Below are positions 16,472 through 26,181 of a DNA stretch of 64,000 bases, in pieces. Within the stretch, counting starts at the first letter, position 1. Every line of letters begins with the position of its first letter. The translations under genes were made by a program, and so were the position numbers. Source of the stretch: Dehalococcoidia bacterium (GTDB taxonomy: Bacteria > Chloroflexota > Dehalococcoidia > Lucifugimonadales > UBA3495); the NCBI GenBank assembly GCA_965243255.1, contig CBDEUH010000004.1, forward strand, positions 1,598,979 to 1,662,978, in the 5' to 3' direction. The notes beneath the pieces were generated by a model that was not told where the DNA came from, ran no database searches, and was given only the letters and a program-made list of their open reading frames with translations.

Positions 16472-17659
16472 TTGCCGTTGGCTTACCTGTCCCGATTGAG
16501 CCTTACCAACTACCGCAATTTCCGGCAGGTTGACCTCGAACTGCCAGCGGGAGTATCGGTGTTCTACGGCGCCAACGCCCAGGGCAAAACCGCCCTGCTG
16601 GAGGCCGCCTACACCCTGGCGGTGGGACGTTCTTTCCGGGCAGAACGTGAGCGACAGGTAGTTAGCCTCGACGCTGCCCCCAGCGGCCAGGCCGCGTACA
16701 TCACCGGCGCCGCCGAGCGGGACCAGCAAGCGTTCACGGTGGTGGTCGGCTACCAGCCTGTCGCCGCTGAGACGGCCCGCCCGCCCGATGACGATGGAAG
16801 CAACACGGCGCCGTCAGTATCCAAACAGATCCGAGTCAACCGGCGGCCCAGCACCGCCGCCGGTCTCCTGGGGCGTGTTGGCGCAGTCCTTTTCGTCGTC
16901 GATGACCTAAATCTGGTTCTCGGCTCTCCGTCCCACCGACGCCGTTACCTGGATGTGCTTATCTCACAATGCCATCGGCCGTATCTAGACGCGCTGCAAC
17001 GTTACCAGGCTGCGCTGCGAAACCGGAACGGCCTGCTCCGTCGCCAGCGCACCGCTCCCGTCGCTCCCGATGAAATGGAGTATTGGGACACGCAACTGGT
17101 ACAGGCCGGCGCGGCAGTGGCAGCCGACCGCGCCGCCGCTATTGAGCGTTTGGCGGATTTTGCGGGCAGTCATTACGTGGAACTCGCCGAGCCGGACCAG
17201 GCGCTAACCATCGCCTATCGACCCAACGTGCCGCCGCAGGACTCAGCTGCTGCCACCGAAGCTCTCTTTCGGCAAATGTTGCAGCGGAATGCAACGCGAG
17301 AGCGCGCCACCGCGGTTACCGCCGCCGGTCCTCATCGGGATGATTTCGCCATCTTCGCCGACGGTCTGGACGCCCACGCTTTTGCCTCCCGGGGCGAAGC
17401 CCGCACCATCGCGCTATCCCTGCGCCTGGCCGAAGCCGACTACCTGGCCGAGGCACGGGACGACGACCCCATCATTATGCTGGACGATGTCTTCTCCGAA
17501 ATGGACGCACAGCGACGCCAGAGGGTACTGCGCAAAGCCGCCGCTTACCGACAAACTCTCATCACCACCACCGACCCGGAAGCAGTGCGGTCCGTCCTGG
17601 GCAACGGGGCGACCTACTTTCACGTTTCAAACGGAGTCGTATCGCCGCCGGAGTCTTGA
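16472..17659 (+). CDS. recF: DNA replication and repair protein RecF
   Basis: LSLTNYRNF...FYGANAQGKTALLEA Walker A. C-terminal signature SRGEARTIALSLRLAE and Walker B ...IIMLDDVFSEMD. Confidence 0.85.
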   Translation: MPLAYLSRLSLTNYRNFRQVDLELPAGVSVFYGANAQGKTALLEAAYTLAVGRSFRAERERQVVSLDAAPSGQAAYITGAAERDQQAFTVVVGYQPVAAETARPPDDDGSNTAPSVSKQIRVNRRPSTAAGLLGRVGAVLFVVDDLNLVLGSPSHRRRYLDVLISQCHRPYLDALQRYQAALRNRNGLLRRQRTAPVAPDEMEYWDTQLVQAGAAVAADRAAAIERLADFAGSHYVELAEPDQALTIAYRPNVPPQDSAAATEALFRQMLQRNATRERATAVTAAGPHRDDFAIFADGLDAHAFASRGEARTIALSLRLAEADYLAEARDDDPIIMLDDVFSEMDAQRRQRVLRKAAAYRQTLITTTDPEAVRSVLGNGATYFHVSNGVVSPPES

Positions 17660-17704
17660 ACCGCCACGCAGCGTATCTCCGATTCTTCCTGATAAAATTG
17701 TGTC

Positions 17705-18490
17705 ATGGACTCCATTAACGCTGCTGTTGACATCCTGGCGGCATCCGAGTACGCCATCGCGCTCACCGGCGCCGGACTATCTGCCGAGAGCGGCATTCCG
17801 ACCTTCCGCGGCCCGGATGGTCTGTGGACGACATATGGACAACCTTCCAACCTGTCGTATCGCGCGTTTTCACAGGACCCGCAAGGGTGGTGGGAACGCC
17901 GCCTGGACGACGAGGTTACGCCAGGCAACCCGACCTACGACCTAAAGGACGCGGTGGACAAGGCCGTGCCTAATCCGGGCCATATTGCCGTGGCCGATCT
18001 GGAAGACATGGGCGTCATCAAGTCAGTCATCACGCAGAACGTGGACGGTCTGCACACTCGGGCCGGCAACCGGAACGTCCTGGAAATTCACGGCAACCGT
18101 AGTTACCTGCGCTGCCTGGGCTGCGGGCATCGTCAACCCAGGGCCCCTTACATCATCACCGACTTGCCGCCAATCTGCGCCGACTGCGGCGGGGTCATCA
18201 AGCTGGATACCGTAATGTTCGGCGAGCCCATCCCGCCGGCGACGCTGGAAGCCTGCTTCGCCGAAGTGCAGCGCTGCGACGCCATGCTGTTGGTCGGGAC
18301 GTCCGGAGCCGTCAATCCGGCCGCTCAATTCCCGCTGCTGGCTAGAGAGCGCGGCGCGCAAATCATCGAGGTGAACCCGGTTCCAACACAACTTACGCCC
18401 GCTGCCCACGTCGTAGTGAGCGGGCCGGCGGGAGAGCTGATGCCCCAAATTACCCTGACCCTGCGTACTCAAAAGGCACGGCAAATTTGA
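17705..18490 (+). CDS. cobB: NAD-dependent protein deacylase (Sir2/CobB family)
   Basis: GAGLSAESGIPTFRG, QNVDGLH, and Zn-ribbon CLGCG...CADCGG. Its stop lies 1 nt before the next gene's ATG. Confidence 0.85.
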   Translation: MDSINAAVDILAASEYAIALTGAGLSAESGIPTFRGPDGLWTTYGQPSNLSYRAFSQDPQGWWERRLDDEVTPGNPTYDLKDAVDKAVPNPGHIAVADLEDMGVIKSVITQNVDGLHTRAGNRNVLEIHGNRSYLRCLGCGHRQPRAPYIITDLPPICADCGGVIKLDTVMFGEPIPPATLEACFAEVQRCDAMLLVGTSGAVNPAAQFPLLARERGAQIIEVNPVPTQLTPAAHVVVSGPAGELMPQITLTLRTQKARQI

Positions 18491-18491
18491 G

Positions 18492-19715
18492 ATGAGCGAA
18501 ATAGCCCAAAACTGGTGGCAGGCCATCTCCAATTGGGCCGCCGGAACCACCGTAACCTGGATTGACCTGCTAGTCAGCGTCATAGTACTGGCAGCGGCCG
18601 CTGTCGTTGCCTTGGCGTTCAGCCGGCTGTTTTCCAGGTTGCTGCTGCGGGTGGCCCGCTTCTCCGCCGGCGACCTGGACGACACCATAATTGCAGCCGG
18701 TCGCGGCCCGATAACCGCTTTCATCATCCTGGCCGGGGCGTACCTGGCCATAACCGTCCCGCTGACCCTCGCGCCGGCCGTCCACGACGTAGTCAACAGG
18801 GTTGCCTCGCTGGCCGCCATCTTCATCGGCGCCTATATGATCAACGCCATCGGGTCAGCGGTCCTGAGATGGCTTGAAGCGCACCTGGAAAGCAGTGATG
18901 CCGCCAACACCGGCGGATGGGCGTTGCCGCTGGCGCGCCGCGGAATGGTTGTCGTGGTATTCGCCATGTCGGCCATGGTGTCCCTGGACATACTGGGCAT
19001 CAACATCAGTCCACTCATCGCCGGCCTGGGCATCGGCGGGCTGGCCATCGCCCTGGCCCTCCAGCCCACGCTGAGCAACCTGTTCGCCGGCACCTACGTC
19101 ATCACCGAGGGCGTCGTCAACGAAGGCGATTACATCGAGATGGAAAACGGCATCACCGGGTACGTGGTGGACGTGAGCTGGCGCAGCACCCGCCTCCGCA
19201 CCTGGACCAACAACCTGGTAGTGATACCAAACTCACGCTTCGCCGAGACCATCATCACCAACTACGACCAGCCCCAAGAGCACGTCAACGTTTTCTTGAC
19301 TTGCGGCGTTGCCTACGAAAGCGACCTGCAGCACGTGGAAGCCGTCAGCATGGAAGTGATGCACCAAGTGGAACGGGAACACCCTGGGGTGGTGAAGGAC
19401 TACGGAGTCTATTTCGGGTACGATACTTTCGGTGAGAGCAACGTGGATTTCTGGCTCTTCATGCAGGCCAACAGCCGCCTGGCCAGCTTTGAAGTTCGCA
19501 CCGCACTCATCAAACTACTGCACGCCCGCCTGACCGACGAGGGTATCACCATCAACTACCCGGTGAGGACGCTGCACTTCCCGGACGGCTGGACACCCGA
19601 CGGCCAACCGTCGGCGGGGATGCAGACGGCCCGCCGCCGCTCCAGCCGGGCGCAACCGCAAGGCCCGTTGCCGGCCGATGCTCCCGGCGGCGGAGGTGAC
19701 GGACCTGACGTTTAG
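18492..19715 (+). CDS. Mechanosensitive ion channel (MscS) family protein
   Basis: Multiple N-terminal TM helices, then the pore helix plus beta domain (LSNLFAGTYVITEGVVNEGDYIE...GYVVDVSWRSTRLRT). Confidence 0.85.
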   Translation: MSEIAQNWWQAISNWAAGTTVTWIDLLVSVIVLAAAAVVALAFSRLFSRLLLRVARFSAGDLDDTIIAAGRGPITAFIILAGAYLAITVPLTLAPAVHDVVNRVASLAAIFIGAYMINAIGSAVLRWLEAHLESSDAANTGGWALPLARRGMVVVVFAMSAMVSLDILGINISPLIAGLGIGGLAIALALQPTLSNLFAGTYVITEGVVNEGDYIEMENGITGYVVDVSWRSTRLRTWTNNLVVIPNSRFAETIITNYDQPQEHVNVFLTCGVAYESDLQHVEAVSMEVMHQVEREHPGVVKDYGVYFGYDTFGESNVDFWLFMQANSRLASFEVRTALIKLLHARLTDEGITINYPVRTLHFPDGWTPDGQPSAGMQTARRRSSRAQPQGPLPADAPGGGGDGPDV

Positions 19716-19729
19716 GCTGCTGCGAAGCG

Positions 19730-20938
19730 TTACCGAGACAACCCGTAGGCCGTCGCCTGTAGCCTGGCGTCGCCGGTGGCGTTCAGACGCTGAGAGATGC
19801 GGTCAATCAGCGCGCCCACGGCGGTTTCGCCCCAGAACCAGCGATGGATCTCCGGCTCGCTGTCGTTGGGACGTTGGGCCATGCGCGCCTCGTAGCAGAA
19901 CGCCTTGAGGTCGTCGGCGCAGTAGCGGGCGAACTGGGGCAGGGAAACGTCGGCCGGCCGCTCGTCCATGTCGGCACCGTCGCTCTCGGCGTAGGATTCC
20001 AGGAAACGGATGATGCCCCGGAAGCGTCGCTGGGGTATGCCGGTGATGCCCACGGCGGTGCGGCCCCGCTGTTCCTGCCAACGTTCATAGTAGCCGCGAA
20101 AGGCGGTGATTTCACCGGCGGCGTCGAGGGTCCTGGCGGCGCTGCCGTTGCCGTTTGACGCGGCAGCCACCTCGGACGCTTGGGGCATACCGATGGGCCC
20201 CGCCTCTTCAGGGTAATCGACCAGCACCGGGCCGGCGTCCGCCTCCAGGGTTGCCAGCATGGCGGCAATCACCTGGTGCTGGAAGTCCGGGTCGTCGGGT
20301 TTGCCCAGGGCGTAGCCGAAGTAGAATGGCACCCACAGCGCTCGAGGCGGACGTACCCGCTGGGCATGTTCCCGAACCAATGCGACGGCGACCGTGGTCA
20401 ACCCGGCAGCCTCAAAGACCCTGGCCAACACGCTCACGGCGTGGGTGCACAAGGGTCAAGTGGGGGTCAGCAGGACCAGGTCGACGCCTTCGTCTTTGAG
20501 GCGCTGGGCGACCTCCGGGCCGGTTTGCTCGGCGACGACGGTACAATCGCGCAAGGCACCCATGAACGAGTAATTGTTGGGTGCAACGCTGCCGATTACA
20601 CCCCGTTCGGCTAATTCCTGCAGCCGGTCAATAGGGTAGGTAACGTTGATGTCCCGGTAAATTGCGGTGCGGTCAAAGCCGATGCTGAAGTGGCTCTGTA
20701 CGATGTCGGCGACGTTGGCGTCGCTGGGCAGCACGCGGTAGGTGGATTCGCCGCCGGGATGGTCACTGTTGAAGGGCTTGTCATCGCGCAGGTGCAGGCC
20801 CGCGGTGGTGACTATGGCTACCGTGCTTTCCGACAGCGGTTTGTCCAGGGGCGTCCAGGGCGTGCCGTCGGCCTCCATGCAGGGGAAGAATTCCAGCATC
20901 CGGCGCTGGACTTCGGACAGAATTTCGAGGCGTGGCAT
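19730..20938 (-). CDS. Glycine/sarcosine/betaine/D-proline reductase selenoprotein B (GrdB/PrdB) family protein with in-frame UGA (candidate Sec) at 20456-20458
   Basis: Two ORF-track pieces (20456..20938 and 19730..20452) are in the same frame, separated only by TGA. Read-through gives VLLTPT-U-PLCTH..., a U-x-x-C-T context like the GrdB Sec site as I recall it. AGGAG RBS at the upstream start only. Confidence 0.65.
20417..20457 (-). promoter_or_regulatory. SECIS-like imperfect stem-loop starting inside the UGA codon
   Basis: In the mRNA, GACCCU (nt 2-7) pairs with AGGGUC (nt 37-42) and CC with GG. The apical stem is CACGC/GCGUG with loop CGUGA, 16-30 nt after the UGA. Confidence 0.4.
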
Positions 20939-20948
20939 TACCGGTCTC

Positions 20949-22049
20949 CTAGTCGAACATGATTGCGCCGCGACCGATCTCGCCGTTATCCAGGTCGGCG
21001 TAAGCTTCGTTGATCTGGTCCAAAGAGTAGTGGCGCACTACCAGGTCGTCCAGGTTCAGCTTGCCGGAGCGGTACATATCCACCATCACCGGCATATCGG
21101 TGCGGGAGCGGGCGGAGCCATAGTACGAGCCGCGCAGGGTTTTCTCGTTGCGCACCAAGTCCACGGCGTTGATGGCGGCTTCCTGACCCCAGGGGGCGAT
21201 GCCGACCACGGTGACAACGCCACGCTTGGCAGCCATGTCGTAGGCCGCCTTGGTGGTATCGGCGCCGCCGAAGACTTCAAAGGTGTAGTCGGCGCCGCGC
21301 CCGCCGGTAAGGTCCTTAACCTGCTGTACCGGGTCCAGGTCGGCAGCGTTGACGGTGTGGGTCGCTCCAAAGCGCATAGCGAACTCGAGCTGCGCCTCGC
21401 GGATGTCCACGGCGATGATCTGCGCCGCATTGGCCAGGGCCGCGCCCATGATGACGTTCAGCCCGACGCCGCCGCAGCCGATGACGGCCACGGTGCTGCC
21501 GGCCCTGATTTCCGCGCTATACAGCGCCGCGCCTACGCCGGTGGTTACCGAGCAACCAATCATGGCGGCCTTGTCCATGGGGAGAGAGTCGGTGATGGGC
21601 ACTACGCCGGTTTCGGGAATCACGGCGTACTCGGCGAAGCAGGCCACTTTGCCCATATGGTGGATGTCTCTGCCGGCGGAGTGGAGACGCGTGGTGCCGT
21701 CCAGCAGGTTGGCCCCGGTGGCGGCGTGGAGGTCACACAGGTTGCTGTGGCCCTCCAGGCAGGACCGGCAGCGTCCGCACGCCGGCACGAAGGACAGGAT
21801 GACCTGGTCGCCCTCGCTGGCGAGGGTAACGCCGGGGCCAGTCTGCACCACCGTTCCGGCGCCTTCGTGTCCCAGCACCACCGGGATGGCAATGGGAGCG
21901 TCGCCGTGCATAAAGTGGCGGTCGCTGCGGCAAATGCCGGCCGCCCCTACCTTCACCAGCACTTCGCCGGCTTTGGGTTCGTCCAGGTCAACCTCGCAAA
22001 TGTCCAAGGGTTGACCCACTTCCCACAATACAGCAGCTTTAACCTTCAA
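20949..22049 (-). CDS. Zinc-dependent alcohol dehydrogenase (class III ADH-like)
   Basis: GICRSDRHFMHGD..VLGHEGAG, CGRCRSCLEGHSNLC structural Zn site and GCGGVGLN Rossmann motif. The start is set at TTG 22049, which has a GGAGG RBS 8 nt upstream; the track's 22148 start adds an unsupported extension. Confidence 0.85.
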   Translation of the reverse strand: MKVKAAVLWEVGQPLDICEVDLDEPKAGEVLVKVGAAGICRSDRHFMHGDAPIAIPVVLGHEGAGTVVQTGPGVTLASEGDQVILSFVPACGRCRSCLEGHSNLCDLHAATGANLLDGTTRLHSAGRDIHHMGKVACFAEYAVIPETGVVPITDSLPMDKAAMIGCSVTTGVGAALYSAEIRAGSTVAVIGCGGVGLNVIMGAALANAAQIIAVDIREAQLEFAMRFGATHTVNAADLDPVQQVKDLTGGRGADYTFEVFGGADTTKAAYDMAAKRGVVTVVGIAPWGQEAAINAVDLVRNEKTLRGSYYGSARSRTDMPVMVDMYRSGKLNLDDLVVRHYSLDQINEAYADLDNGEIGRGAIMFD

Positions 22050-22226
22050 AACGTGTCCCTCCTGACGGACGTTGCGCAGCAGGCCGAGAACCATGGCGCA
22101 CGTCAAAGTCGTCGGCTCATTGTAAATTACCCGGCCCAATCCCGCCATAGCCGGCAGTGTGGCAACACAAGGGGCGGCGGAATGTTCCCGCCGCCCCTGA
22201 CGTAGAGCCGTGCCTGTGTGTGCTGG

Positions 22227-23159
22227 CTATACCTGCCGCTGCTTGGGGTCCAGCCGGTCGCGCAGCCAGTCGCCCAGCAGGTTCATGCACAGCACTACCA
22301 GCATAATCGCCAAGCCGGGGAACAGCGAGACCCACCAGCCCTGGGCCGATGCAATCAACACGCGACCATCGGCCACCATGAGACCCCATGCCGGCTGTGG
22401 GGGCGGGATGCCGACGGCCAGGAAGCTCAACGTGGCTTCCAGTACGATTACGAATCCCACGTTGAGCGTGGCCAGCACGATGACGCTGTTGAACACGTTG
22501 GGGAACACATGGCGGAACATGATGCGGCGGTGGCTGGAGCCGGCGACCTGTGCCCGGGAGATAAAGTCCTGCACTCGCACCGCCAGGGTTTCGCCTCGCA
22601 CCAGTCGGGCATAGCGCGACCACATTAGCAGCACCAGCACGACAATCACGTTCAGGATGCTCGGCTGCGTGGCGGCCACTATCACCAACGCCAGCAGGAT
22701 AATCGGTATCGAGAGGGATATGTCCACCAGCCTCATTACCAGGGCATCCACCCAACCACCCCAATAGCCGGCGATGATGCCCAGAGAAGTACCCAGCAAC
22801 CCGGCGATGAAGATGGCGACGGCGGCGATGGTTACCGATACGCGGGCGCCGTGCATAATTCGGGACAGGATGTCGCGGCCCACCCGGTCGGTGCCCAACA
22901 GGTGGTTGGTGTCGCCACCCTCCATCCAGAAGGGCGGCTGCAACCGGGCCGACAGGCTGCCGGTGGTAGCGGAGTGAGGAGCGATGATATCGGAAAAGAT
23001 GGCGGGAATGACCAGCACCAACAGGAGCAGCACGATGGGGAACAGCGGGTAACGCCGCGCTTCTCCCCAGAAGCGTACCAAAATACCAGGCCTAGCCGAT
23101 GACTCGGCCGCCGATTCTTCTACTGCCGATGGAGTGGCAACACGGTTCTCCGTTGCCAT
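22227..23159 (-). CDS. ABC transporter permease (Dpp/Opp C-type)
   Basis: N-terminal anchor plus the EAA-like region and a typical DppC C-terminus ([27 protein letters not shown]). Confidence 0.9.
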   Translation of the reverse strand: MATENRVATPSAVEESAAESSARPGILVRFWGEARRYPLFPIVLLLLVLVIPAIFSDIIAPHSATTGSLSARLQPPFWMEGGDTNHLLGTDRVGRDILSRIMHGARVSVTIAAVAIFIAGLLGTSLGIIAGYWGGWVDALVMRLVDISLSIPIILLALVIVAATQPSILNVIVVLVLLMWSRYARLVRGETLAVRVQDFISRAQVAGSSHRRIMFRHVFPNVFNSVIVLATLNVGFVIVLEATLSFLAVGIPPPQPAWGLMVADGRVLIASAQGWWVSLFPGLAIMLVVLCMNLLGDWLRDRLDPKQRQV

Positions 23160-23171
23160 AGAGGCATTCTC

Positions 23172-24095
23172 CTAATCGAAGCGGATCCGGGGGTCAACGT
23201 AGGCGTAGGCAATGTCCACCAGCAGGTTGGCCACGATATAGACCATGCAGAAGGTTATCACCACCGCCTGGACTACCGGAAAGTCCTTGGTGTTCGCTGC
23301 GTCCACTGCCAGTCGGCCCACGCCGGGCCAGGCAAACACAAATTCGATGGACACAGAGCCCACCATCAGGGATCCGATAATCAGCGCGAAGTACGTGAAC
23401 GGCGCGATGGCCGCGTTGCGCAGGCAGTGTTTCCAGATTACCTTCCACTCCACAACGCCCTTGATGCGAGCCAGCTTCACGTATTCGGAATCCAGTACGT
23501 CCAGCATCGATGAACGCACCAGGCGCATCAGGGCCGCTACCTGGAACCAGCCGATGGCGATGGCGGGCAGAACGTACGACAGCACTCCCTCTTCCTTGCC
23601 GGATACCGGGAACCATCCCAACTGGGCGGCGAATACCCACATCAGCATCAGGCCCAGCCAGAAGGCCGGCAGCGACTGTCCGAACAGGGCAATCGCCTTG
23701 CCCACATAATCAAAGGGAGTGTCTTTCTTCACCGCCGATAATACGCCAATGGGTACGGCGATTGCCGTGGCAACCACGACGGCCACGCCGGCCAGCGCTG
23801 CTGTGTTGGGCAGTCGCTCCAGAACCAGGCTCATGGCGGTGCGACCGCGCACGCGCAGGGATTCGCCGAAGTCTCCGGTCAGCGCGTTGCCCAGGAAGGT
23901 GAAATATTGGACATAGAGGGGGCGGTCCAAACCCCATTCCGCCCGCAGCCGTTCGGCGTCCTGTACGGTTGCCTCCAAGGGCAGCAAGACGTCCAACGGA
24001 TCGCCGGCAATGCGAGCCAGTGAAAAGACGATAACCGTCAAAATCAGCAGGGTCAGAACGGACTGAGCGACCCGCATCAGGATGTAACGTTGCAC
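23172..24095 (-). CDS. ABC transporter permease (Dpp/Opp B-type)
   Basis: MQRYILMRVAQSVLTLLILTVIVF start and C-terminal NLLVDIAYAYVDPRIR are DppB/OppB hallmarks. GTG start. Confidence 0.9.
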   Translation of the reverse strand: MQRYILMRVAQSVLTLLILTVIVFSLARIAGDPLDVLLPLEATVQDAERLRAEWGLDRPLYVQYFTFLGNALTGDFGESLRVRGRTAMSLVLERLPNTAALAGVAVVVATAIAVPIGVLSAVKKDTPFDYVGKAIALFGQSLPAFWLGLMLMWVFAAQLGWFPVSGKEEGVLSYVLPAIAIGWFQVAALMRLVRSSMLDVLDSEYVKLARIKGVVEWKVIWKHCLRNAAIAPFTYFALIIGSLMVGSVSIEFVFAWPGVGRLAVDAANTKDFPVVQAVVITFCMVYIVANLLVDIAYAYVDPRIRFD

Positions 24096-24184
24096 AGTTC
24101 GCTACCTTACAGGGCTTCCCGCCAGGTCATGCCACCAAAGCCGGGATGCGTCTTATTCCATCGATAGGTTGTTTGCCAGCCGAT

Positions 24185-24212
24185 GTAGAGGCGGGTTACG
24201 TCCCGCCTCTAC
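24185..24212. other. Perfect 11-bp stem hairpin (GTAGAGGCGGG-N6-CCCGCCTCTAC) between the binding-protein and permease genes
   Basis: Seen in sequence within the 143-nt intra-operon gap. Confidence 0.6.
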
Positions 24213-24238
24213 CAATTGGCTCTTGCCTCTTGCCCAGA

Positions 24239-26077
24239 CTACTGAGCGGGAGTGATGTACTCGGTGTGGGTGAAGGAGGCGTTGATGTTGCCCGGCCACG
24301 CCATTTCGCCGATCTCGGCGGGGTTGACCACGATCTGGGCGGGCAGCCACACGATCGGCACTTCCGAATACAGGTCAAACTTCAGGTCTCCCAGGTCGGA
24401 GAGAGCCTTGGCTTTGACCTCCGGGTCAACACTCTGAGTGGCCTTGTCGTACAACACGTCGGTCATTGGGTCAACCGAGGTGCGCCAGAAACCTGCGTCG
24501 CCGCTGCGGTTGTAGAAGCGCAGGGTGATGTCGGCCGGGCGGTAAGTGCCGCGGGTAGCCGCCAGCGTACCGTGGGTCTTGCCGGGACGGTAGTACTTGG
24601 CCCGGTAGTCAGACCACTTGAGGGGCTGCGTGGTTACGTTGATGCCGATGGCGGTCAGGTAGGAGAAAGCAGCCTCGCCCATGGGAATCATCTCGGGAAC
24701 CCCGGGCAGTTCCGTGAGCAGTAGCGTTAGTTCGTAGCCCGCGTATCCCGATTCTTCCAGCAGCTCGCGCGCCTTGTCCGGGTCGTAGCCGTACTTTTCG
24801 TCAAACTCTTCGGTCCAGCGGGGGTTGTAGCCAGGCAGAGCCGGGTGGTAGCCCCAAACGGTGTGCTGCCGACCAATGCCGCCGAACAACTCGGTGTTGA
24901 TTTCTTCCCGGTTGATGGCCCGGTTGATGGCCTCGCGAACCATCGGGTTCAGGTGCGGCTCTCCCTCCTGGTAGAAGCAGTCCTCAAAGCCTTCCTGCTT
25001 ACAGGGCCCGGCTTCCTCAGGGTTGTACACACCGCCGATAATGAAGGCCACCTGGATGGAGGGTAGTTCGCTTTGCAGGACAGCCAGATTCTGGCCCTGC
25101 GCGTCAGTGTGCAGCTCGCGACTGATTTCACCAATCTGAACCTGCCCGGTGGTCAACTGGGCCAACCGGGTGGTTTCTTCGGGAATCAGCACATACTCCA
25201 TTTCCTCGAAGAAAGGCGACCGGCGGTAGTGGTCGGCGTTGCGGGAGTACAGCAGGTTGACGTCGATGGTGCGCTCCACGAACTGCCAGGGACCCACGCC
25301 GGTGGGGTTTTCGTAAGCCTCGATGCCACCGTCGTCATACTGGGCCTTGGAGTACATAAACAGGTTGCCCTGCTGAGCGCCAGCGAAGAAGTCCATCAGG
25401 GAGTTGGGGGTCTTCAAATTGAACTGGACGGTATTGTCATCCAGGGCAACGATGTTGGAGAGCAGTTCCGCCTCGTTATCGCCGAAGAGCCCCCGGAATA
25501 GTCCGGTGTCGGTGGCGATGGCGTCTTCACGGATGATCAGCGCCGCGCTGTGAGGCACGTCGTTGGCTGTGAAGAGCGTTCCATCGTGAAAGTTCACGTC
25601 GTCCCGCAGATGGAACGTCCACTGAGTGCCGTCCTCGTTGGCTTCCCATTCGGTGGCCAGGCCGGGCACTAGCGAACCGTCAAAGCGGTCTGTATGAACC
25701 AGGGGGTCGGTGAAGGGACGCACCTGGGTGTTAGCCGAGGTGGTAGTACCCAGCCAACTGCCCACCAGCTGCTGCACCGGCGGGATGGTCGCAATACGCA
25801 GCCGGCCACCCAGCGCGGCAGTCTCCTGCGCCGCCGTGGGCGTGTTGGTCGGACTGGGGGTTGCCGTTGCGATTACAGGGGTGGGAACCGGAGTGGCCGG
25901 AGCCGCTGGGGCTTGAGTGGCCGCCGGAGCCGAGCCGGCAGTTCCCTGTTGCTCACCCTGCTGGGTGGTTTGTCCGGCAGACGGAGCCGATGGCTCGTCA
26001 GCGGCCCCGCCGCAGGCAACGCCGATGGTCAGCAAAAGAGCTGCCGCAATTACGGTGATTATCGTAGGCTTAACCAA
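24239..26077 (-). CDS. ABC transporter substrate-binding protein, family 5 (peptide/nickel/opine type), lipoprotein
   Basis: Lipobox LTIGVACGG, Pro/Thr/Ala linker, and a family-5 SBP body. The start is set at TTG 26077, which has a GGAGG RBS 7 nt upstream. Confidence 0.85.
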   Translation of the reverse strand: MVKPTIITVIAAALLLTIGVACGGAADEPSAPSAGQTTQQGEQQGTAGSAPAATQAPAAPATPVPTPVIATATPSPTNTPTAAQETAALGGRLRIATIPPVQQLVGSWLGTTTSANTQVRPFTDPLVHTDRFDGSLVPGLATEWEANEDGTQWTFHLRDDVNFHDGTLFTANDVPHSAALIIREDAIATDTGLFRGLFGDNEAELLSNIVALDDNTVQFNLKTPNSLMDFFAGAQQGNLFMYSKAQYDDGGIEAYENPTGVGPWQFVERTIDVNLLYSRNADHYRRSPFFEEMEYVLIPEETTRLAQLTTGQVQIGEISRELHTDAQGQNLAVLQSELPSIQVAFIIGGVYNPEEAGPCKQEGFEDCFYQEGEPHLNPMVREAINRAINREEINTELFGGIGRQHTVWGYHPALPGYNPRWTEEFDEKYGYDPDKARELLEESGYAGYELTLLLTELPGVPEMIPMGEAAFSYLTAIGINVTTQPLKWSDYRAKYYRPGKTHGTLAATRGTYRPADITLRFYNRSGDAGFWRTSVDPMTDVLYDKATQSVDPEVKAKALSDLGDLKFDLYSEVPIVWLPAQIVVNPAEIGEMAWPGNINASFTHTEYITPAQ

Positions 26078-26181
26078 TTTGGTTCCTCCGATGTCGTAGC
26101 ATTTGTGCCGCCTTGGTTGGAGCCGAGGCGACAAAGTTCGCCCAGTATATTACCCGCACCCTTGCAGGTCAATTCCTTAAT

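Noticed and set aside
17705-18490. SIR2-domain protein as a Thoeris-like or other NAD-depleting defence effector
   Set aside because: It has the canonical sirtuin deacylase motifs and Zn ribbon, a normal size, no TIR or other defence partner, and it is translationally coupled to an MscS channel gene.
19730-20938. Interpreting the TGA-split GrdB-like gene as two independent genes or a pseudogene
   Set aside because: This reading is kept only as the alternative hypothesis. The single in-frame TGA falls exactly at a U-x-x-C redox motif, there are no other disruptions, no RBS precedes the second half, and a SECIS-like hairpin follows. It cannot be excluded without checking for sel genes.
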